Position numbers and translations under genes: made by a program. Source: Marinovum sp. (GTDB lineage: Bacteria; Pseudomonadota; Alphaproteobacteria; Rhodobacterales; Rhodobacteraceae). Taken from it: 64,000 bases of DNA. Shown here one piece after another: positions 10,354-18,946 of the stretch. The notes beneath the pieces were generated by a model. That model saw only the letters and a list, made by a program, of their open reading frames with translations. It was not told the origin of the DNA and made no database searches. The stretch is from assembly GCA_022447495.1 (NCBI GenBank), contig JAKVBH010000019.1, positions 5,114-69,113 on the forward strand, written 5' to 3'. Positions within the stretch are counted from its first letter, which is position 1; each line of letters opens with the position of its first letter.

Positions 10354-11133
10354 TTATAGCGTTGCGTTCACCGCACCACCATCGAGCAACAGGTTTTGAC
10401 CTACGATAAAGCCCGCATGTTGTGAACATAGGAACGCACAAGCCGCGCCGAACTCTTCCGACGTCCCATAACGGCCTGCAGGAATAGTCGCCGCACGTTG
10501 CGCCCGCGCCTCATCCATCGTGATGCCTTGGGTGTTCACGACCCCCGTATCCAGCGCGATGGCACGGTCAGTGTCGTGAATTCCCGGTAGCAGGTTGTTG
10601 ATTGTCACGCCTGAGCCCGCCACTTGGCGCGCCGTACCCGCGACATATCCCGTGAGACCTGCCCGTGCAGAGTTGGACAGACCAAGCACAGGGATCGGTG
10701 CTTTGACGGACTGTGAGGTGATATTCACCACGCGTCCCCATCCACGCTCCATCATGCCAGGCAAACACGCCTTCATCAGCGCGATGGGCGTGAGCATGTT
10801 GGCATCCAAAGCAGCGATAAAATCGTCCCGTTCCCAATCAGACCATAAACCCGGAGGTGGACCGCCCGCGTTGGTCACTAGAATGTCGATGGCGCCAGCC
10901 GCGTCCAAAACCTCCGCGCGCCCTTCGTTTGAGGTAATATCCGCCGCCACTGTTGTGACCATAACACCTTGGGTTTCTCGAACCGTTTCAGCTGTGGCTT
11001 CTAACGCCTCGGCTCCTCGTGCATTCATAACCAAATCGACGCCCGCTGCCGCGAGTGCTTCGGCGCAGCCGCGCCCCAAACCCTTCGAACTGGCACACAC
11101 CAGCGCGCGTTTGCCTGAAATTCCAAGATCCAT
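10354..11133 (-). CDS. Short-chain dehydrogenase/reductase
   Basis: ASSKGLG, DILVTNAGGPPPG, SNSARAGL, GQNLLLDGG. Confidence 0.9.
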   Translation of the reverse strand: MDLGISGKRALVCASSKGLGRGCAEALAAAGVDLVMNARGAEALEATAETVRETQGVMVTTVAADITSNEGRAEVLDAAGAIDILVTNAGGPPPGLWSDWERDDFIAALDANMLTPIALMKACLPGMMERGWGRVVNITSQSVKAPIPVLGLSNSARAGLTGYVAGTARQVAGSGVTINNLLPGIHDTDRAIALDTGVVNTQGITMDEARAQRAATIPAGRYGTSEEFGAACAFLCSQHAGFIVGQNLLLDGGAVNATL

Positions 11134-11261
11134 AATATCGCCTCCCTTTGCCTTCGATTAACGATAAGCCGTCAAAAGACCAAGAGTAGTCCCAGCTTCG
11201 GCCACAATCAGCCGCGATGTTGGTGATTGTTCAAAGGGGCCTACGCCCCTAAGAGGTTATT

Positions 11262-12281
11262 ATGGCAGAACGTCTACCGACTCAGGGCCCAGCCCATATT
11301 ATGCATGCCTTGCGCGCCGCCGCGCTCGCCGTGGTGGATGGCGCCAATCTGGGCGATGTCATGGGATGCGCCGATGAGGTGCAATGCGACGACATTTATC
11401 ATTACGAGAGCACAGTACCGCGCGGTCGCCTGACGCTTGCGCCAAAAAGCAACGGCGCTTTTGTTATCGTAGATGGCTCCGAGATGGGGACACCCGGTCA
11501 CCACCTCCACCTGGATTGCTGTGTGACCTTCATGGACAGCGACGGCGCAACAATTGATTGCATCGTGGCAGTCGAAGTCGATGGCGATGGCATGATCGAA
11601 GAGATCTACCCGATCCCCCTTGGCGTGCTGGAACCCCATCGCGACTACCGCGTGATTGGTGTCGACCGGGCCGAGGCGCGGCGCAAGTTCGCCCAAATCG
11701 GCTGCGTGAGCTTTACCCGTGGCACGCGCATCACCATGGCCGATGGCGCACAAAAACCCATCCAAGAGTTGCGCGCGGGTGACCGTGTTCTAACACGCGA
11801 TGCCGGGCCGCAAGAGGTCCGGTGGGTTGGGTCGAACACCGTGAAGGCCGAGGGCGCCTTTGCCCCAATCCTGATCAAAGCCGGCACGCTCAACAATCTT
11901 GGAGACCTCCTCGTAAGCCCCGATCACCGACTCTTCGTCTATCAACGCCAAGACACCCTGGGCGCGGGCCGCTCCGAGGTGCTCGTGCGCGCGCAACACT
12001 TGGTCAACGGCCAATCGGTGCTGCGCGTCGAAGGCGGCTATGTAGATTACCTCCAACTGCTTTTTGACGAGCACCAGATTATCTACGCCGAAGGCATCGC
12101 CGCCGAGAGCCTCCTGGTGGATGGCCAAACGCGCCCTGCGCTCCCTGAGGATTTGGCCGAGAAATTCGCGAAAACTCTGCCCGGTCGCGACACGGGGTTG
12201 CGCGCCGATTACGAAGTCAGCGAAACCCTCGCTCGCCGCCCCGACGCCGTAGACCTCCTCCGCCGCGCGTCGTCTCGTTAA
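11262..12281 (+). CDS. Hint-domain (bacterial intein-like) protein
   Basis: SFTRGTRITMADG...ELRAGDRVLTRD, LLVSPDHRL, FDEHQIIYAEGIAAES. Confidence 0.85.
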   Translation: MAERLPTQGPAHIMHALRAAALAVVDGANLGDVMGCADEVQCDDIYHYESTVPRGRLTLAPKSNGAFVIVDGSEMGTPGHHLHLDCCVTFMDSDGATIDCIVAVEVDGDGMIEEIYPIPLGVLEPHRDYRVIGVDRAEARRKFAQIGCVSFTRGTRITMADGAQKPIQELRAGDRVLTRDAGPQEVRWVGSNTVKAEGAFAPILIKAGTLNNLGDLLVSPDHRLFVYQRQDTLGAGRSEVLVRAQHLVNGQSVLRVEGGYVDYLQLLFDEHQIIYAEGIAAESLLVDGQTRPALPEDLAEKFAKTLPGRDTGLRADYEVSETLARRPDAVDLLRRASSR

Positions 12282-12403
12282 ACATTTGCCGTGCAGATTG
12301 AGCTTCGGACGACAGCTGAAGTCAGACTGCTTTGCAGCCTCAAGAGTTCGGCAACGCTCCAATCCCGATCTGCGAAGTCTATGACAGGCTTAAATGCTTA
12401 ACC

Positions 12404-12622
12404 TCATAATTCTCCTGTGATAAACAGGGCGAGGTAAAGCATCGAGACGGCGGTCAAAATGAGAGCAAAAAACCGAAGCTCCACAGGTCCTGGCTTTAAC
12501 CTCAGCACTCTTTGCAGGGATAATTTTCCGCCAATCACCGCAAGTAGCGCAGAAACCCATGCGTAAACGCCCAATAGCGCAGCCAATATAATTAAAGTCG
12601 CTGCGATTAAGCTCGTTACCAT
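12404..12622 (-). CDS. Small two-TM hypothetical membrane protein in AT-richer patch
   Basis: ATG 12622 after GGAG; two hydrophobic segments. Confidence 0.5.
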   Translation of the reverse strand: MVTSLIAATLIILAALLGVYAWVSALLAVIGGKLSLQRVLRLKPGPVELRFFALILTAVSMLYLALFITGEL

Positions 12623-12877
12623 GCTCCTGCCCCTCGGGAAGACCTCGGCTACTGAGGATTTACGAGAAAGCAAAGTGATTTAAAAGTAGATCGCTGTCCA
12701 GCCTACAACCGCGCATCTAAGCGCCAAATACTTTGGATCGAACCAAATCATCATCGCAGTTTTTCAAGCCGAAATACGAGCTTTGGGAAACGACACGAAA
12801 AGCTGGCGTATTCAACTCCTGGGCAGAAAGGCCCTGTCGCGCTTGCGCCAAACCCCTGCCCCACCTATAGAGCGGCC

Positions 12878-14497
12878 ATGTTGGACAGCAGCCCGAATAG
12901 ACCCGAATTGCCCGCGGAAATTGCGCGTCGGCGGACGTTTGCGATTATTTCGCACCCGGATGCGGGGAAGACGACGTTGACGGAGAAGTTCCTCCTTTAC
13001 GGCGGGGCGATCCAAATGGCGGGTCAGGTTCGTGCCAAGGGCGAGGCGCGGCGCACGCGGTCGGACTTTATGAAGATGGAGCAAGACCGCGGCATCTCGG
13101 TCTCCGCCTCTGCCATGTCCTTTGACTTTGCCAATAACGACAAGAGCTTCCGCTTCAACCTTGTGGACACGCCGGGCCACTCGGATTTCTCTGAGGACAC
13201 CTATCGCACGCTCACCGCCGTCGACGCCGCGGTCATGGTCATTGATGGGGCCAAAGGCGTTGAGAGCCAGACACGCAAGCTTTTTGAGGTGTGCCGCCTG
13301 CGGGACCTCCCCATCCTGACGTTCTGTAACAAGATGGACCGCGAGAGCCGCGACACCTTTGAGATCATTGACGAAATCCAGGAGAACCTGGCCATTGACG
13401 TCACCCCTGCCAGCTGGCCCATCGGTCAGGGGCGCGATTTCATCGGCTGTTACGACCTGCTGCGCGACCGGCTTGAGTTGATGGACCGCGCCGACCGCAA
13501 CCAGGTGGCCGAGGCGATTGAGATCAACGGGCTCGACGATCCGAAGCTCGCCGAACATGTGCCACAGCACCTACTGGAGACCTTACTCGAAGAGGTCGAA
13601 ATGGCGCGCGAGCTTCTGCCTAAGCTTGACCCCCAAGCCGTTCTCGAAGGGCATATGACCCCGATTTGGTTTGGTTCCGCGATCAACTCCTTCGGTGTCA
13701 AAGAACTAATGAGTGGGATTGGTCAATTCGGCCCCGAACCCCAGCCGCAGAGCGCAGAGCCCCGCCAGATTGCACCTGAAGAGGAAAAGGTCGCCGGTTT
13801 CGTATTCAAAGTTCAGGCGAACATGGACCCCAAACACCGTGACCGTGTGGCCTTTGTGCGCATGGCATCGGGCCATTTCAAACGCGGCATGAAACTCACC
13901 CATGTACGCACAAAAAAGCCCATGGCAGTGTCGAATCCGGTGCTCTTTCTCGCGTCTGATCGGGAGCTTGCCGAAGAGGCCTGGGCGGGCGACATCATCG
14001 GCATTCCCAACCACGGCCAACTGCGGATTGGCGACACATTGACCGAAGGCGAGGCGATCCGCGTGACTGGCATTCCCTCTTTTGCGCCCGAATTGCTCCA
14101 GGGTGTGCGGGCGGGCGATCCTCTCAAGGCCAAACACCTTGAAAAAGCGCTGATGCAGTTTGCCGAAGAGGGCGCAGCCAAAGTGTTCAAACCGATGATC
14201 GGCTCGGGCTTTATCGTGGGCGTTGTTGGCGCATTGCAATTCGAAGTGCTGGCCAGCCGAATCGAGCTTGAATACGGGTTGCCCGTGCGGTTCGAAGCGA
14301 GCCAGTTCACCTCTGCGCGTTGGGCCGCTGGCGACAAACTCGCACTGGACAAATTCTCCAATGCCAACAAGCAGCATATGGCCACCGACAACGATGGCGA
14401 CATGGTCTATCTTACACGGCTTCAGTGGGACATTGACCGGGTCGCGCGCGATTACCCCGACGTCTCACTCACCGCGACAAAAGAGATGATGACTTAG
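12878..14497 (+). CDS. prfC: Peptide chain release factor 3
   Basis: RRRTFAIISHPDAGKTTLTEK, DTPGHSDFSEDTYRTL, FKVQANMDPKHRDR. Confidence 0.97.
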   Translation: MLDSSPNRPELPAEIARRRTFAIISHPDAGKTTLTEKFLLYGGAIQMAGQVRAKGEARRTRSDFMKMEQDRGISVSASAMSFDFANNDKSFRFNLVDTPGHSDFSEDTYRTLTAVDAAVMVIDGAKGVESQTRKLFEVCRLRDLPILTFCNKMDRESRDTFEIIDEIQENLAIDVTPASWPIGQGRDFIGCYDLLRDRLELMDRADRNQVAEAIEINGLDDPKLAEHVPQHLLETLLEEVEMARELLPKLDPQAVLEGHMTPIWFGSAINSFGVKELMSGIGQFGPEPQPQSAEPRQIAPEEEKVAGFVFKVQANMDPKHRDRVAFVRMASGHFKRGMKLTHVRTKKPMAVSNPVLFLASDRELAEEAWAGDIIGIPNHGQLRIGDTLTEGEAIRVTGIPSFAPELLQGVRAGDPLKAKHLEKALMQFAEEGAAKVFKPMIGSGFIVGVVGALQFEVLASRIELEYGLPVRFEASQFTSARWAAGDKLALDKFSNANKQHMATDNDGDMVYLTRLQWDIDRVARDYPDVSLTATKEMMT

Positions 14498-14599
14498 GTG
14501 CAACTGACGCGGTGCTTTGGCGGCAACGTCGGCGCTCAATCTTCATCGCTCGCCTCGCATTTCATTGCTTCTTTAAGGTCTTGTGCACATCTTGTGCCC

Positions 14600-16441
14600 A
14601 TGAGCAGCGTGGATGACACCCCCCCCACCTACCCCGGTGGCATTGAAGCCGTGTTGGCTCAAATGGAAGGACGACTTGACCCGTTGAACTTTGCCGAGGG
14701 CGAAGCCCTGCCCCCCCTTGACGCGGACTTGGTCGAAATGACCCAGTCGCGCGTCCCCTCGGCCCAGGAAGATCCTCTGCGAGCGATTAGAGCCCAGTCG
14801 AGCAACCATCGCAAATTTCTAAGCCTTCGCACCGAATTGGCCGGTCGGAGCGAATTGGCGGTCTTGCATGGGTTGTTGGTGGCGCATCTGCGCAAATCGG
14901 CACAGCCGCCCCATACGGCTGCCTTATTTCAAAGGCTTTGGGCGGAACAATCCGACCACCTGCTAGAAGAGTTAAACCCGCGTTGGCAAGTCTCGGCGAT
15001 AACCACCTTCGGCGATCATGGGATGACTACGACACAGCGCCGCGTCGGGGCCACGCTTTCCGTGCTCTTCAACACAATGAAACTCTATGAGACAGAGCGG
15101 CGATACTCCGGATTTCGCGCGGACAGACCGTTTTCTTTGGATACGCATGGCACCGGGCCATTACCGCTGCAAATGGATGGGTTCAGCATCAAATCGGGCG
15201 GTCTTGACATCAACATGCTTGGTCGGTTGTGGAAAGACGCCGAAGACGACGAAGTGATCCAACCCTTGGCCCATGCGCTGCTGGATCAATTGATCCATGA
15301 TCCGCGCACGATTTTTCGCCGCTTGCGTACCATGCGTGCTCGGATTGAGCGTCGCCGTGTCCGGAAAGAAACTGGCGGTGACCGGGATGCATCGACTGTG
15401 CGCCGTAGGAATTTGCCGCCTGTCCAGTCGACCAGCGCTGGGGCCGCCGAGGCCGTGCCTAGACATGACGCCCCAGTACTCAACGTACCTGTAAGGCGAT
15501 CAGGAGCGCTCATGTGGGGCGCGGTGTGCACAACTATCGCGCCGCTCGATGAGATTAAAAGATGGGCAGCCCATTACCTCACACTTGGGGCCGACCGGCT
15601 CTACATCTTTCTTGATACGCCAAATCCAGAGGTGCAGGCCTTTTTCGCACCCTTTCCCAAAATCACCGTCATCGCCTGCACTTCTGAGCATTGGGCGCAT
15701 TTTGCAAAGGGCCGGCCCGAGACCCATCAGCGCCGCCAAGCCTATAACGCAACCTTCGCCCTGCGCAGCACGAAACTCCACTTCCTGGGACACTTCGACA
15801 CCGACGAGTTTCTTATTTCGGCAAATCCCGTGTCGCGCGGATTGGACTTTGTGCCTCCCGAAGCAATCTATGCCCGCGCTCGGCCGATTGAGCTGCTCGC
15901 CCCCCTCACAGGCGCCCCGATGCACTTCAAACGCACGCCGCAACAGGTCGGGCTATCAACGGATGTGCTCGAAGAGCTTTATCCCAATTTTGGCCCGTAC
16001 CTGGCGGGCGGCTTCATCAGCCATACGAGTGGCAAGATCTTTGCACGATCCGGCACTCCACAAACCGAGTTGGGAATTCACAACGTTCGGTACCAGAACA
16101 AAATCGTCAGCAATTGGACGGAACTGCCACGTATGTCGGTGGCCCACGCCCATGCGCGGGACTTTGACCATTTCTGCGAACGCGTGGCTTTTCGCCTAGA
16201 ACAAGGCTCCTATATCAAACGCACCAACCCAGAGGCCATGGCGCTGGCCGATGTTCTGACCTACCTCTTGCGCGAAGAAGGCCAAGCAGGCCTGCGCGCA
16301 TTTTACGATGAGGTCTGCACAGCCCAGTCCACATTGCTTAAAAAGTTGGACGCAAAGGGCATGTTGGTCCACCTTGACCTTGACCTCGACGCGACAGTCG
16401 AACGCGTCTTTGCACCCGATGCCGGGGCTGGGGCTGCATGA
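14600..16441 (+). CDS. Fusion of an unrecognised N-terminal domain and a GT-A (Glyco_tranf_2_4-like) glycosyltransferase
   Basis: C-half WGAVCTT...WAAHYLTLGADRLYIFLD, HFDTDEFL, HTSGKIF; start placed at ATG 14600. Confidence 0.75.
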   Translation: MSSVDDTPPTYPGGIEAVLAQMEGRLDPLNFAEGEALPPLDADLVEMTQSRVPSAQEDPLRAIRAQSSNHRKFLSLRTELAGRSELAVLHGLLVAHLRKSAQPPHTAALFQRLWAEQSDHLLEELNPRWQVSAITTFGDHGMTTTQRRVGATLSVLFNTMKLYETERRYSGFRADRPFSLDTHGTGPLPLQMDGFSIKSGGLDINMLGRLWKDAEDDEVIQPLAHALLDQLIHDPRTIFRRLRTMRARIERRRVRKETGGDRDASTVRRRNLPPVQSTSAGAAEAVPRHDAPVLNVPVRRSGALMWGAVCTTIAPLDEIKRWAAHYLTLGADRLYIFLDTPNPEVQAFFAPFPKITVIACTSEHWAHFAKGRPETHQRRQAYNATFALRSTKLHFLGHFDTDEFLISANPVSRGLDFVPPEAIYARARPIELLAPLTGAPMHFKRTPQQVGLSTDVLEELYPNFGPYLAGGFISHTSGKIFARSGTPQTELGIHNVRYQNKIVSNWTELPRMSVAHAHARDFDHFCERVAFRLEQGSYIKRTNPEAMALADVLTYLLREEGQAGLRAFYDEVCTAQSTLLKKLDAKGMLVHLDLDLDATVERVFAPDAGAGAA

Positions 16442-17349
16442 CGCGTTGGGGCCTTGTATCCACGATCAAAGCTGCGCCCGATGATGTTCTGGCCTTCGCC
16501 GCCTACCATCTCGAGCTCGGTGCGCATCGTCTCTACATCTACCTCGATGCGCCAAACGATGCACTTCCCCAGCTCAGAGCACACCCGCAAATCAAGGCGG
16601 TTGAGACCGACGATCCATGGTGGGCAAAGCGCAAAGGCAAACCCGAAAAGCATCAATCTCGGCAATTCGCTAATGCGCGCCACGCCTATAACAGAAAGGT
16701 CGAAGTGGATTGGCTGGCCCATATCGATGCCGATGAATTTCTGGCTCCGGGCGCATTGAGCATTTCAAATACCTTGGGATCTCTGTCCACCGAAGCCCTC
16801 TGCGCGCGGGTGCGTCCCGTCGAGGCCTTGGCGGACGGAGATGGTCTTTGGAAGGCGTTTCATCTCGATCATCGCGCGCGCCGACTGGCCACAAACGCGC
16901 TTTATCCGACTTATGCCCCCTATCTCAACGCGGGCTTCATTTCCCATATCGCTGGCAAATTGTTTTACCGAACGGGCATCGACGGACTCAAAGCGAAAAT
17001 CCACAATGTCCAGGTACACGGCCAAGAAAATCCAGGCGAGGTGCATCTCAAAGACATCGACCTGTGCCATCTGCATGCACGCAATTGGGACAGCTGGCTA
17101 AGCCACTTCAAATATCGTCACGCCAAGGGCAGCTATAGGCCCGAACTAAAAGGGCGTGGCCCAATCTCTCCCCACGCACTCTTTGCCGAAATCATGGAGA
17201 GCGAGGGAGACGCGGGCTTGCGTGCGTTTTTCGACAAGGTCTTGGCCGCAACGCCCACACATATTGCCGCCCTCGAATACCAAGGCTTGCTTCGCCGCCA
17301 CGATCTTCATCTGGACGCCGTGCGAAAAAAACACTTCGGCTCCGGTTAA
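16438..17349 (+). CDS. GT-A (Glyco_tranf_2_4-like) glycosyltransferase
   Basis: WGLVSTIKA...FAAYHLELGAHRLYIYLD, HIDADEFL (DxD); ATGA overlap with upstream gene. Confidence 0.85.
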   Translation: MTRWGLVSTIKAAPDDVLAFAAYHLELGAHRLYIYLDAPNDALPQLRAHPQIKAVETDDPWWAKRKGKPEKHQSRQFANARHAYNRKVEVDWLAHIDADEFLAPGALSISNTLGSLSTEALCARVRPVEALADGDGLWKAFHLDHRARRLATNALYPTYAPYLNAGFISHIAGKLFYRTGIDGLKAKIHNVQVHGQENPGEVHLKDIDLCHLHARNWDSWLSHFKYRHAKGSYRPELKGRGPISPHALFAEIMESEGDAGLRAFFDKVLAATPTHIAALEYQGLLRRHDLHLDAVRKKHFGSG

Positions 17350-17371
17350 CCCCACGAAGGCTCAACAAGGT

Positions 17372-17400
17372 TTGACGCAGCCACGCCTCTTCGATAGAAG
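17372..17400 (+). promoter_or_regulatory. Candidate sigma70 promoter of DEAD-box helicase
   Basis: TTGACG-N17-TAGAAG about 100 nt upstream of ATG. Confidence 0.45.
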
Positions 17401-17496
17401 GCCATCATAGACGGAGGCGCCTCCACGCCCCGGGCCACACCGGCCAGACGATTTGACGCGCGGGCGCTGGACATGTCCGCATATTGACGGACACAT

Positions 17497-18882
17497 ATGA
17501 CCAAGTTTTCTGAGTTAAAACTCAATGCCAAAGTGCTCAAGGCCATCGAAGAGGCCGGGTACGAAACGCCCACTCCCATCCAAGCCGGAGCCATACCAGC
17601 AGCCCTCGAGGGCCGTGACGTATTGGGCATCGCGCAAACCGGAACCGGGAAAACCGCATCCTTTACATTGCCGATGATCACCGCGCTGGCGCGGGGGCGC
17701 GCGCGGGCGCGCATGCCGCGCAGCTTGGTGCTTTGCCCCACGCGTGAATTGGCCGCCCAGGTGGCCGAGAACTTCGACACTTATGCAAAGCATGTGAAGC
17801 TGACCAAAGCGCTGTTGATCGGCGGCGTGAGCTTTAAGGAACAAGACATCCTCATCGACAAAGGTGTGGACGTGTTGATCGCGACGCCAGGTCGCCTTCT
17901 TGACCATTTCGAGCGCGGCAAGCTGCTGCTCACTGGCGTCCAGATCATGGTGATTGACGAGGCGGACCGGATGCTCGACATGGGATTCATTCCCGATATC
18001 GAACGCATCTTCAGCTTGACCCCTTTCACCCGCCAAACGCTCTTTTTCTCGGCTACCATGGCCCCTGAGATCGAGAGGATCACCAACACGTTCCTGTCGA
18101 ACCCCGCACGCGTTGAAGTGGCGCGCCAAGCGACCGCGTCGGAGACAATTGAACAAGGCGTGGTGATTTTCAAAGCGTCGCGCAAGGATCGCGAAGGGTC
18201 CGAGAAACGCCGTGTGTTACGTGCCCTGATTGATGGCGAAGGCGAAAAGCTCACCAATGGCATCATCTTTTGCAACCGTAAGACCGATGTGGATATCTGC
18301 GCGAAATCACTCAAAAAATATGGCCATGACGCCGCTCCGATCCACGGTGACCTCGATCAATCCCAACGCACCAAGACCCTTGATGCCTTTCGCGAAGGGC
18401 AATTGCGGATCTTGGTGGCCTCCGACGTGGCCGCCCGCGGGCTAGATGTGCCGTCAGTCAGCCACGTGTTCAATTTTGACGTGCCGGGTCATGCGGAAGA
18501 TTACGTTCATCGCATCGGGCGCACGGGCCGTGCGGGTCGCGAAGGCAAAGCAATCACAATCTGCGTTCCCCGCGACGAGAAAAACCTCGGCGACGTCGAG
18601 TCATTGATCCAGAAAGAAATACCGCGACTCGACAATCCAGCTCCTGCTGAACCACCCAAGCGCCGCAAGCGCAAAGACGAAGGCAAGGACATCCCAGAAG
18701 CAAAGGTCGAAGCACACTCAGAGGGAACGCCCAGTGCGCCGGACGCAAAACCGCAGGACGCGCAAAAACGTAACACTCGTCGCGGTGGTCGCGGACGGTC
18801 CTCAGGAGAGCCCGTGGTGGGGATGGGCGATCACATGCCTAGCTTCATCGCCCTAAGCTTCGAAGAACGCCGCACGGAGTAA
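17497..18882 (+). CDS. DEAD-box RNA helicase (RhlE-like)
   Basis: Q motif, AQTGTGKT, PTRELA, DEAD, SAT, ARGLD, HRIGRTGRAG. Confidence 0.95.
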   Translation: MTKFSELKLNAKVLKAIEEAGYETPTPIQAGAIPAALEGRDVLGIAQTGTGKTASFTLPMITALARGRARARMPRSLVLCPTRELAAQVAENFDTYAKHVKLTKALLIGGVSFKEQDILIDKGVDVLIATPGRLLDHFERGKLLLTGVQIMVIDEADRMLDMGFIPDIERIFSLTPFTRQTLFFSATMAPEIERITNTFLSNPARVEVARQATASETIEQGVVIFKASRKDREGSEKRRVLRALIDGEGEKLTNGIIFCNRKTDVDICAKSLKKYGHDAAPIHGDLDQSQRTKTLDAFREGQLRILVASDVAARGLDVPSVSHVFNFDVPGHAEDYVHRIGRTGRAGREGKAITICVPRDEKNLGDVESLIQKEIPRLDNPAPAEPPKRRKRKDEGKDIPEAKVEAHSEGTPSAPDAKPQDAQKRNTRRGGRGRSSGEPVVGMGDHMPSFIALSFEERRTE

Positions 18883-18946
18883 GCAACAGCATTTTTGGTC
18901 AAAGTCGCCCCTGCAGAGGCATGATTTTTTCCAAAACCCTAGGCGC

